Assembly (NCBI GenBank): GCA_964565125.1
Contig: CAZMCX010000006.1
Span: 1 to 13,280, forward strand
Length of the DNA stretch: 13,280 bases
DNA from: an uncultured archaeon
GTDB lineage: Archaea > Iainarchaeota > Iainarchaeia > Iainarchaeales > 0-14-0-20-30-16
Direction of reading: 5' to 3'
The notes beneath the pieces were generated by a model that worked only from the letters and a program-made list of their open reading frames with translations, was not told the origin of the DNA and made no database searches. Positions 1 through 7,900 of this stretch are shown one piece after another. Made by a program: the position numbers and the translations under genes. Each line of letters begins with the position of its first letter. Within the stretch, counting starts at the first letter, position 1.

Positions 1-12
1 AAAATATTTATA
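1..12 (+). promoter_or_regulatory. putative archaeal TATA box for the first pilin-like gene
   Basis: AAAATATTTATA lies about 25-30 nt upstream of the ATGs at 30 and 36. This spacing fits archaeal short-leader or leaderless promoters. The background is AT-rich, so specificity is low. Confidence 0.3.
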
Positions 13-29
13 CTACCTTAACATATTTT

Positions 30-227
30 ATGCATATGATTAGTTTTATAAAAGATAACAAAGGACAGTTGTCAGCAGAATTAATTATAATTCTGGCAGC
101 ATTGATTGCAATAGCAGCAATTGTTATAACCCAATTAACAAAAACTACAAATAAGGCTTCTGAAAAAATTGATGCAAAAACAGAAGACATCTTCAATGAT
201 ATTGATAACGTGGGAGATTATAACTAG
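30..227 (+). CDS. small type IV pilin-like protein with class III signal peptide (candidate major pilin)
   Basis: MHMISFIKDNKG|QLSAELIIILAALIAIAAIVI: a short polar leader ends in KG. It is followed by the QxSxE motif of the archaeal 'class III signal peptide' family and a hydrophobic helix of about 22 aa. The mature part is only about 53 aa. Confidence 0.8.
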   Translation: MHMISFIKDNKGQLSAELIIILAALIAIAAIVITQLTKTTNKASEKIDAKTEDIFNDIDNVGDYN

Positions 228-618
228 AATTAAGAAACATGGACAGCTATCAATTGAATTTTTAATTATTCTACTTGTTACTGTTGTGGTAATTTCACTA
301 TTCTTTCCAATTGTTTCAAAAATTTATGATTATACCACAACTACCTTTGACTTGGCAAATATAAAACGGGCAACAAATGAAATGAAAAATATTTGCTTTT
401 TGGGGGATGGAAGTAATTTGGAAATTAAGCTTGTGTTAAACAAAGAATGGGATCTAGAGGCTGATGGAAATAAGATTGTTTGGAGTTCAGAATATTCAAA
501 AAAGAATTATGAAGATTCTATTTGTTTTTATGCTTCCGAAAAAATAAAAAAAGGAAAACATAACCTTGTTTTAGAAAAATCTGGGCCTATTAGCTTAGTC
601 ATAGAAAACAGTGATTGA
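196..618 (+). CDS. type IV pilin-like protein with class III signal peptide
   Basis: MILITWEIITRIKKHG|QLSIEFLIILLVTVVVISLFF has the QxSxE motif with Glu at +5. I prefer the ATG at 196 over the track start at 169, which overlaps the upstream gene by 59 nt. There are exactly two Cys (NICF, SICF) in the C-terminal domain. Confidence 0.75.
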   Translation: MILITWEIITRIKKHGQLSIEFLIILLVTVVVISLFFPIVSKIYDYTTTTFDLANIKRATNEMKNICFLGDGSNLEIKLVLNKEWDLEADGNKIVWSSEYSKKNYEDSICFYASEKIKKGKHNLVLEKSGPISLVIENSD

Positions 619-936
619 AACTTGCTTTTTTTCAAGGCCTTCAAAAAAGATTTCTGATGTTTTTACTATTTTATTTTTGCCTTGCTTTTCGTTTGAAATA
701 CAATCAGAATTTACACAGTATTCGTATCCAAAGTTTTCAAAAAAAGAGTTTAGAATTTCTGCAGAAATAGGAACATGAGAATAAGAGTTCACACGCAGGA
801 CATCATTTGCTTTTTGTAAGGCAAAAACAAAAGAATAATCTTTGCCGGAATAGTTGAAAAATAGAGCCCCAAAAAGTAGAAGAAATACAAGACCAATAAT
901 TATTTCTATAATCCAAAAATATCCTTTTTTAGTCAG
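595..936 (-). CDS. pilin-like protein whose signal peptide and hydrophobic helix lie upstream of the first canonical start (track ORF 595..792)
   Basis: The same frame is open from 942 down to 595 and reads SFLTKKG|YFWIIEIIIGLVFLLLFGALFFNYSGKDYSF...RV(GTG at 792)NSYSH. There is no ATG, GTG or TTG between the in-frame TGA (943-945) and the hydrophobic segment; CTG at 934-936 is the only near-cognate codon. Two Cys are present (YCVNSDC). Confidence 0.45.
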   Translation of the reverse strand: MTKKGYFWIIEIIIGLVFLLLFGALFFNYSGKDYSFVFALQKANDVLRVNSYSHVPISAEILNSFFENFGYEYCVNSDCISNEKQGKNKIVKTSEIFFEGLEKKQVSITVFYD

Positions 937-1276
937 AAAAGATCACCAACTTTAATTCTGCTTTATCTGTATAAACCAATCGAAGTAGGGACATATTTTT
1001 CAGGAGGCCTGTGGCCTCAAGATTGTTTTCCCCTACTTGAAGTTTGTTCGCCATTATTCTTTTTTCCAAGATATTTTTTTCTGCAAATCCGATCCCTTTT
1101 TCATTGTGTTTTGTTACAGCGATTTCGGAATATACCAAAGCAAGTAAAGTTTTGTCTGTTTTTATTGACATTAAATACATTCCAGAAAAGAATAAGAAAA
1201 TAAAAAGCACAAAAAAGAGCATTAAGAATAATGCGGAAAGAGCGAATGACCCTTTAGTTATATTTTGGTTCTGCAT
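929..1276 (-). CDS. pilin-like protein with class III-type signal peptide
   Basis: MQNQNITKG|SFALSALFLMLFFVLFIFLFF. An alternative start at 1312 would add MKTVLFSKRRIC. The gene overlaps the upstream gene's end (1254) and its stop abuts the next ORF. Confidence 0.6.
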   Translation of the reverse strand: MQNQNITKGSFALSALFLMLFFVLFIFLFFSGMYLMSIKTDKTLLALVYSEIAVTKHNEKGIGFAEKNILEKRIMANKLQVGENNLEATGLLKNMSLLRLVYTDKAELKLVIFSD

Positions 1277-1511
1277 ACATATCCTCCTTTTTGAAAAAAG
1301 AACAGTCTTCATTTACCTCAAAATAATTGTAATTTAGACTATTAGAAATTTTACAGTATTGTACATCAATTTTAGAAAAAATAGCATTTGCTTTTGAATT
1401 TATAAATTCATAATCTAAATTAGTTATTAAAATTGCAAAAAGAGAAACTATTGCCAAAAAAATTATTAAAAATTCCATTGTGATTTGGCCTTTAAACAAT
1501 AACTTGTCCAC
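1254..1511 (-). CDS. type IV pilin-like protein with class III signal peptide
   Basis: MDKLLFKG|QITMEFLIIFLAIVSLFAILI has Gln at +1 and Glu at +5. Two Cys (QYCK...EDCS) are spaced about 20 aa apart. The start overlaps the upstream gene's end by 20 nt. Confidence 0.75.
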   Translation of the reverse strand: MDKLLFKGQITMEFLIIFLAIVSLFAILITNLDYEFINSKANAIFSKIDVQYCKISNSLNYNYFEVNEDCSFFKKEDMYAEPKYN

Positions 1512-1944
1512 TATAAACCGCCCCCTGGATTATTAAAACTTTTTTGTCTTTGTTTTCAAGAGTATTCAAAAAAACATATTGATAATTTATGTAGTCTACA
1601 AATTCGACAGAAACTACTTCTATTAATAGTTCAGTTTTAAAATTAGAAACGTCAAAATTTTCTGATGCAAGATATACCCGAATTATTCTGTCACAAGTCA
1701 GTTTTAATGCTTGCCTATTTTGTGTTATAAGCAAGCCCTTTTTTATTGTATTTTCAATAAAAAACGAAACATTGTTTTCAAGAACTGTTTGTTCGGTAAT
1801 GATATTAGAATATTCAACATAATCTTCAACTAGTTTTTGTTCTTTGTAAGAATTATGTGAATAAACAAAGAACAAGGTTAATAGAATTAAAAAAGCAAGA
1901 ATTACAAAATACAATACAAAAAATCCTTTATTCAAGATAATCAA
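1492..1944 (-). CDS. pilin-like protein (minor pilin candidate)
   Basis: MIILNKG|FFVLYFVILAFLILLTLFFV: a KG site followed by a long hydrophobic helix. The start overlaps the stop of the upstream 271-aa gene by 17 nt. Confidence 0.6.
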   Translation of the reverse strand: MIILNKGFFVLYFVILAFLILLTLFFVYSHNSYKEQKLVEDYVEYSNIITEQTVLENNVSFFIENTIKKGLLITQNRQALKLTCDRIIRVYLASENFDVSNFKTELLIEVVSVEFVDYINYQYVFLNTLENKDKKVLIIQGAVYSGQVIV

Positions 1945-2743
1945 AGCTTACATCATTAAATGAGTACCGTTTTGTTCTTATTGTTAAGTTCTTTGGAGAG
2001 TATTCAGACCAGATATCTTTTTCATAGCCCAAATAGTCATTATAATTTTCAGAATTTACTAAATCTATTATTAAAACTCTTTTTTTATGCCTTGTTAACA
2101 CAAATGCATGCCTTGAAAAATCACTTAATTCGACGACATAAACTTTTGTATCATTTCCGCCAAGAGCAATTAAAATAGAACAAACAAGAATAGACAAATC
2201 AAATACATCCCCCGCACTTGCTTCAATTATATCTTTGGGAGCAAGCCAATATTTATTTGATAAGTTTAGATCAGTAATTGTGTAATTTTTTTGCAAATAA
2301 TCATAAAGATTTTTTATTGCAACTAAATAGTCGTTTTCATAATCATAACTTTCCGGCATTATTTCCTGCTTTATACTTAAAACACTCAAATCATTAGGTA
2401 AAACAAGTTTTTTTAGATCTTCCAACCCAAAACTTTGCTCAGGCAGATATTTGTTTATTATTGCTTTTAAAAGTTTATTTTGGATTCCATAATTTTTGTT
2501 TTGGTCTTCATTTTCTTTTAATGCTTCTTTCAAAGTATTTAATTCGTGACGTAATTTTGCAGGATTATTCTGTTGAATGAATTTGACTTTTTCTTTAAGT
2601 ACAAGAATTTCTTTTTCGTATTTTTCTTTTTTTGCAGAATTATTTGTTCTTTTTATTAGATCTTCTGTTTCGGTTATTTTTTTCCAAAGTCTCTGCTCTT
2701 GCTCAAAGAGGGGCAGGTCACTGGGGAGTATTTTTTCAAGCAT
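1928..2743 (-). CDS. cytoplasmic coiled-coil protein with C-terminal transglutaminase-like fold lacking the catalytic Cys
   Basis: There is no signal peptide or TM segment. The N-terminal ~110 aa are Lys/Glu-rich and heptad-like. The C-terminal AGDVFDLSILVCSILIALG...RHAFVL...LIIDL aligns by eye to the transglutaminase-like core G-x-C-x-D-F-A...A-L-G ... H-A-W-V ... D. Val180 (codon 2204-2206) sits at the Cys position, while His212 and Asp227 are retained. Confidence 0.5.
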   Translation of the reverse strand: MLEKILPSDLPLFEQEQRLWKKITETEDLIKRTNNSAKKEKYEKEILVLKEKVKFIQQNNPAKLRHELNTLKEALKENEDQNKNYGIQNKLLKAIINKYLPEQSFGLEDLKKLVLPNDLSVLSIKQEIMPESYDYENDYLVAIKNLYDYLQKNYTITDLNLSNKYWLAPKDIIEASAGDVFDLSILVCSILIALGGNDTKVYVVELSDFSRHAFVLTRHKKRVLIIDLVNSENYNDYLGYEKDIWSEYSPKNLTIRTKRYSFNDVSFDYLE

Positions 2744-2760
2744 TATAAAATATTATGTAG

Positions 2761-2786
2761 AAAGGTATATAAGTTTATATATAAAG
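2761..2786. promoter_or_regulatory. divergent promoter region with two TATA-like boxes
   Basis: TTTATATATAAAG (2774-2786) is about 25 nt upstream of ATG 2805 on the plus strand. TTATATA on the minus strand (2765-2771) is about 25 nt upstream of the minus-strand start at 2743. Confidence 0.35.
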
Positions 2787-2804
2787 CACATAAATTAAGA
2801 TAAT

Positions 2805-3248
2805 ATGCGAATACTTATTACAGGGGTTCCAGGAACTGGGAAAACAACAATTGCAAAAGAACTTTCAAAAGAATTAAAGATACAAGTATATAATATCAAA
2901 AAATTCACAAAGGCAAAGAATGTTAACATTACTAGCTTAAAACAAAGGACTAAAAAAGAATTTAAAGACAAAAAAGACTGGATTTTGGAGGGGCACATCT
3001 TTTGCGAATATAAAACAAACGCTAATTTTGTTTTCTTATTTGACCTTAGCGAAATTAAATTAAGAGAAATTTATAAAAAGAGGAAATATTTGCCTGTAAA
3101 AATAGAAGAAAACATTTTTTGTAAAAATATTAACTATTTTGAAAAGAAACTAAATAAATTTTACAAAAGAGTGTACAAACTAGAGACAAGCAAAGACATT
3201 AAAAAAAATATAAAAGAAATAAAAAGAATATTACAAAAAGAGAAATAG
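2805..3248 (+). CDS. Fap7/AK6-type P-loop nucleoside kinase/NTPase
   Basis: MRILITGVPGTGKTTIAKELSKEL gives a Walker A motif at the extreme N-terminus. The short 147-aa length and the ILEGH motif match the VLDGH motif of archaeal Fap7-like adenylate kinases. Confidence 0.7.
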   Translation: MRILITGVPGTGKTTIAKELSKELKIQVYNIKKFTKAKNVNITSLKQRTKKEFKDKKDWILEGHIFCEYKTNANFVFLFDLSEIKLREIYKKRKYLPVKIEENIFCKNINYFEKKLNKFYKRVYKLETSKDIKKNIKEIKRILQKEK

Positions 3249-3302
3249 GACACCCCTACGCTTTAACCTTAACCACCGCAGGCTCTTTTCACTATCCGTT
3301 AT

Positions 3303-4505
3303 TTATAAGAAAAATTGGTAGTAAATAAAAATTGCCAATAGCACAATTATTATAAAACCAATAATATACAAGGTATAACTATCCACTGATTCTGAGAAAT
3401 AAAATTCTGCACAGTTTAGTTTTTTGATGTTTTCATTAAAGTACATTTCTCCACAAACCTTTTTTGTGTCAAAGTTATCAAAAGAATATTTAAATTCGAG
3501 TTCGTTTATGGCTTTACTAGCCATTGTTATATTATTGTTCATTATTTCCTTATCATCAACTTTTACAAGCAAATTAAACTCTTTCACTTCTGAAGATTTA
3601 TTATAACAGCCAACAGTAATTTCTGCTTTTTCTTTTAAACTATATTCTACTTTACTTATGCTCATTTCACAATCTATGTCATCAAGATAGTTTTTTGCAT
3701 TTACGATTATTGGATTAGATAATTCAACAAATTTGTAATTATCATAAGTATATTCAACTCTTGCAGGAGGAATCAAAAAGTATTTGTCTGTTTTTGATTT
3801 GAAATAATAAGTAATATTTACTGGATTAGTTGTATCTGCCAATCCAATATATGACACTATTCCACCAAGCATTTTTATTTCTGTGTTAACATCAAAGTGG
3901 TTATAAGTTAAGGTAACATTTGCAGGAATATAGCCCTCATTCTCTAATGCTAAACCAACCTTTACTGTTTCGTCAACCAAAAACAATGTTTTCTCTAAAG
4001 ATTTCGAAAAATCTCCTTTTCCAGAGAAGTAAGGCATTTTAAAAGACCCTATTTTTGAACCCGGAAGCATTTCTAATTCATAAACTGAGCCAGAAACATA
4101 CCCGCAGATTTTTAGTTGCAATACATTTTGATCTCTATAATTTTCTAAAAATACAATTGTTCTTCCATTCTGGAAATCTTTAAACTCCAATGTTTCTTTC
4201 ATAAAATATCCTGAAAGCGCCTTATACTTTACTAATTCGTCATTGATATATAACTGCAGATTGCTTTGACTCTCGATTTCTGGAGTAAACTTAATGTATA
4301 GATCTAAAACAAGAATACCTTCATTTGCCTTTAAAAAAGAGTATTTTTCGGGGGAAATATCAAAAGTACTACACAGATTATTAGATTCAAGGGTCGTTTT
4401 AAATGAATTAGAATCAGATAATGCATACGACTGCCCAATCAATTCGGAGAACGACAGAGGCAATAAGCACAAAAATAATATAAAAAATAACACTTTAGTG
4501 AACAT
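3303..4505 (-). CDS. secreted, C-terminally membrane-anchored surface protein (possible beta-sandwich adhesin)
   Basis: A Sec-type signal peptide is present (MFTKVLFFILFLCLLPLSFS|E). A single C-terminal TM follows (YTLYIIGFIIIVLLAIFIYYQFFL). Segments such as TVKVGLALENEGYIPANVTLTY and AEITVGCYNKSSEVKEFNLLVKVDDKEI resemble CARDB-like beta-sandwich strands. Confidence 0.6.
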   Translation of the reverse strand: MFTKVLFFILFLCLLPLSFSELIGQSYALSDSNSFKTTLESNNLCSTFDISPEKYSFLKANEGILVLDLYIKFTPEIESQSNLQLYINDELVKYKALSGYFMKETLEFKDFQNGRTIVFLENYRDQNVLQLKICGYVSGSVYELEMLPGSKIGSFKMPYFSGKGDFSKSLEKTLFLVDETVKVGLALENEGYIPANVTLTYNHFDVNTEIKMLGGIVSYIGLADTTNPVNITYYFKSKTDKYFLIPPARVEYTYDNYKFVELSNPIIVNAKNYLDDIDCEMSISKVEYSLKEKAEITVGCYNKSSEVKEFNLLVKVDDKEIMNNNITMASKAINELEFKYSFDNFDTKKVCGEMYFNENIKKLNCAEFYFSESVDSYTLYIIGFIIIVLLAIFIYYQFFL

Positions 4506-4526
4506 AATATAAATACAGAAACAATG

Positions 4527-4536
4527 TTTTTATATC
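4527..4536. promoter_or_regulatory. single central TATA element shared by two divergent genes
   Basis: TTTTATAT (4528-4535) is centred at 4531.5. That is exactly midway between the minus-strand start (4505) and the plus-strand start (4558), 26.5 nt from each. Confidence 0.35.
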
Positions 4537-4557
4537 TTTTCACATAAAACATATATA

Positions 4558-4902
4558 ATGGCCTACAAAAAGTCGAAAAGATCTAATTTTCAAGAAGTTG
4601 CGAGGGAAAGAATAAATTACCTTCTAAAACTAGTAAATACTGCCAAGGATCCTGTTTTTGCATCTAATTGTGCAAAGCTCATTTCAAAGCTATGTTTAAA
4701 GCACAATATAAGGCTTGAGAAAGATGAAAAAGTTTTTTGTAAATCTTGTTTTTCATGCTTTTCCATAGAAAAGCCAAAAATAAGGATAAAAACCATTAAG
4801 AAACATGGCCAAGAATACCTTCAAAAGAGAATAACATGCATTAAATGCATAAAAACTACTACTAGAAACTATAAAAAAATAAAAAAGAAGAATATGGGCT
4901 AA
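4558..4902 (+). CDS. rnp4: RNase P protein component 4 (Rpp21/Rpr2 family)
   Basis: VARERINYLLKLV is the N-terminal helix motif (compare IAKERIDILFSLA in Pyrococcus Rpp21). A zinc ribbon follows: FCKSCFSCF...IRIK...ITCIKCIKTTTRNY, i.e. CxxC ... CxxC. The protein is basic and 114 aa long. Confidence 0.8.
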   Translation: MAYKKSKRSNFQEVARERINYLLKLVNTAKDPVFASNCAKLISKLCLKHNIRLEKDEKVFCKSCFSCFSIEKPKIRIKTIKKHGQEYLQKRITCIKCIKTTTRNYKKIKKKNMG

Positions 4903-4917
4903 AACAGGCCCTTTGCC

Positions 4918-7900
4918 CTACTTGTTCTTAGGAAATAGTAAGAACAATGCAACCAATATCAATATTATTATTAACGGTGTCATAAACCCAGATGGCAAGA
5001 AGCTACTTGAGCCAGCTGCTGCTGATCCTGTTACAGGCATAATTGGCACTGTTGCTGCTTTTACTGTACTTGTAGTTGTTTGTTCGCCAACGCCCCAGAA
5101 CTTAGATAAAACAACTACTAACACTGCAAGGATAGCAACAGGTATTCCTATTCCCATTCCAAAGCCAATAACTTTGCTAAAAGTTCCACCGCTTGCTGCT
5201 TTTTCTGCACCGCCTTTTTTCTCTTCTTTTTTCTCTTTATCTTCCAGGGCCTTTTTTATCGCCTTGTCTAGATCCTTTTTGGTAAGTTCGCCGTCTTCAC
5301 GCTCGCCAGGTTCTCGTGGAGGCCTTCTTCCATCTTCGCCTTCTTCACCATGGCCTCTCTCGCCCATTTCTACATTCTGTTCATTATGATTACCATATAC
5401 GGGAGGCCAACCACCTGGACCACCAGGCCCATATCCGCCCGGACCATACCCGCCTGGGCCCCAGCCACCCGGGCCACCACCAGCACCGTTTTTAGTAATA
5501 AGTTCTCTTAGTTCATTTATTTGGGCTTGGATTATGTCTGTATCTTCTTTTGTTGCCCCACTTTGAACTAAGGTATCAAGATTTCCTTCCATTCTGGTTA
5601 ATCTGCCATTTAATTCTTCTTGTATTACTCTTCTTAATATATCAGCGATAGCCTGATTATTTGCATCAAGCTTTCCGCCCAATTCATCAAGACGATCAGC
5701 AATAAGTTTAAATGCTTCTCCAATACCTTCAATCCTCTCTTCTTCGCCTTCTGCACGCTCTTCTAATTGCACCCTTAGATCTTCAACTATTTCCTTTATT
5801 TCTTTATCTGTTTCTGTTCCTTTTCCAATTTCATCCAATACTTCAAGAATTTCATCTCTACTATCATCTATCTTCTTATCTAAGTCAGTTAATTTTTTGC
5901 CAAGATCTTCATGCATTTCAGACAACACTGTCAAAACATCTTCTCTACTTTGAACTGTCATTTCTGTAAGATCATCCATCTTCTGGCTCAGCTTATCAAC
6001 AAATTTAGGGTCAAGATCTTTGATTTTTTCAATTACTTTTTCTGCGGCTTTTTGAATTTCTTCCACAGTTAACTCAAGCGCGGCATCAGTATCACCACTA
6101 AGTTTTTCAATACTTTCTTTAACAACTTTATCAAAATGCTCTAATGATAAAAAGTGGCCTTCTAATAAACCCAGGTTCTGTAAAACTTTTGTAGTGTTCT
6201 CGTCAAGAGATTTTACTCTTCTATCTATTTCAAATAAACGGGCATCAAAGATTGTACTCATTGAATCCATTAATTCAAGTTTTGATGTTTCTGCATCTTC
6301 TTTCATAATCTTTAAAGTACCCATTATTTCTTCATGTTGTTCTTTTGAACCTAATTGTTGACTGTTAAGCAGATCATTCAATCTAGTCAACTCTTTGGGA
6401 ACTGTATCTAGATTTTTTACACCCTCAATAATAATATCTTTAATTCCTTTTGTTACTGTTTCTAAATCTGAAATTTGTTGCCTTGTAAGTTTTCCTTCAG
6501 TCTCTATTGTTTTGTCAAATTGTTCTAAGAATTTATTCATTTGATCGGATATCACTTCTATGCCACTAACCACAGTTCTTGACAAATTTTCATCCAAAGC
6601 ATGCACTTGGTTTTTTAAGTCTTCTAAAACAGTTTTTACCTCAGCCACGCTTTTATCCAGATTATTCATTTTTGATCTTGTTAGCTCGGTTATTGCCTTT
6701 TGTAAATCAATTATTTTTCCCAAAACACCTCTATTTGCTCTTACTTCTTCACGAACTCTTTCGATTCTTCTTATCATATCCCTTGGGTCAAGCCCTACTC
6801 TCTCGCCTCTACCTGTTTTTTTTGCAGCCTCAAATTCTTTTTTTGCGAGCTCTTCTTCTCTTCTTACCGCATCTTCAGCAATTGCTTCAGGAGTTGGAGC
6901 AGATAATAATTTTTGTTCAGGACGAGTTCCAGCAGTTAATAATTTTCGTGCTTCCGCAGGGGGCAACATTTTTACGCTTCTGCGGCCTTCAGTGCCAGAT
7001 AATAAATTTGTTTGTAGACCTTGATAATGCCTTAGTCTGTCTTCTAAATATTTAAATGCTGCATCAGGTCCTTCGTTTTCAAAAAATTCTCTAAATCTCG
7101 TATCTTCAATCCTCAAAAGTCTTTCAGCTTCTTTGGGCCCAAACTTATCAACTAAATTTTCTAATTTTCTAACTAACACCAAATATTTTTTCTCTTTATC
7201 TGGACCAAAAACTACTTTTCTTGCCCTTGTTTCCCTAGCTAATTCTAATCTCTGGCCCTCGGTTGATTGTTTAGGGGTAAGTCTTACAACAAGGCCAGTT
7301 ATTCTGTCAGTATACTTTCGTAATTCATTATAAAGACCTTTAACATATCGCACATCAAGCATTTTTGGCCTGCCAAGCAGTTGAAGCCTTCTTGTTGTAT
7401 CAGACATAAATTCTTCAATTTGCATTTTTAGTTGACCCAATGCTTGCCTTTTTTCATCCATGCTTCTTTTACTATTACCTATTTCCATCATAGTTCGTTC
7501 TAATTTTACAGGTAGAAATTTTGACATTTCGTCCAACAGTTTTGCATTCCTATCGGGTTCTTTCATTAATTCGAAAAATCTTTCAAACATAAATTTTGGC
7601 GGCTCTTTGTCCCACTTTTCTTGCATTACTTTTAAAGATGCCTGTTCAGAAGACTTTACTTGTTTTGTAACTACCCCCCTTGCTCTTGCGGATATCACAT
7701 CTCTTAACCTATCAAGTTCAACTGCTTGATCTTTTGACATTTCTCTAACTCTTGTTTTCATTATTATATCTATTTTTCTGGTTAATTCAACAAGTAAGTT
7801 ATTACCTTCCGCAGACACGCCTTTAGATTTTATAAAAAGGAATTCTTGTTTAATTTCATCTAATACTTCTCCGATATTTTTTTGTCCAGTTTTTACTCGT

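Noticed and set aside
929-1312. Using the longest ORF start (1312, MKTVLFSKRRIC...) for the 929 pilin-like gene
   Set aside because: That start overlaps the upstream gene by 59 nt and gives an unusually long leader of 21 aa. Met at 1276 gives a typical 9-aa class III leader (MQNQNITKG). The choice remains uncertain.
8-2998. Other shadow ORFs (8-196 minus, 1044-1337 plus, 1960-2178 plus, 2577-2798 plus, 2795-2998 minus)
   Set aside because: Each lies antisense to a better-supported gene (pilin-like genes, TGase-like gene, Fap7-like kinase). Their translations are hydrophobic and low-complexity with no motifs.
3249-3302. GC-rich spacer as a tRNA or split-tRNA half
   Set aside because: I could not fold a cloverleaf on either strand. 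There is no GTTCRANNC T-loop, the D-arm pairing is imperfect, and there is no anticodon stem. At ~54 nt it is too short, so it is kept only as a low-interest compositional oddity.
5401-5487. Periodic 15-nt repeat as a CRISPR array or other non-coding repeat
   Set aside because: It is in frame inside a long ORF, has no spacers, and has too short a period. It simply encodes GPGG[Y/W] pentapeptides.
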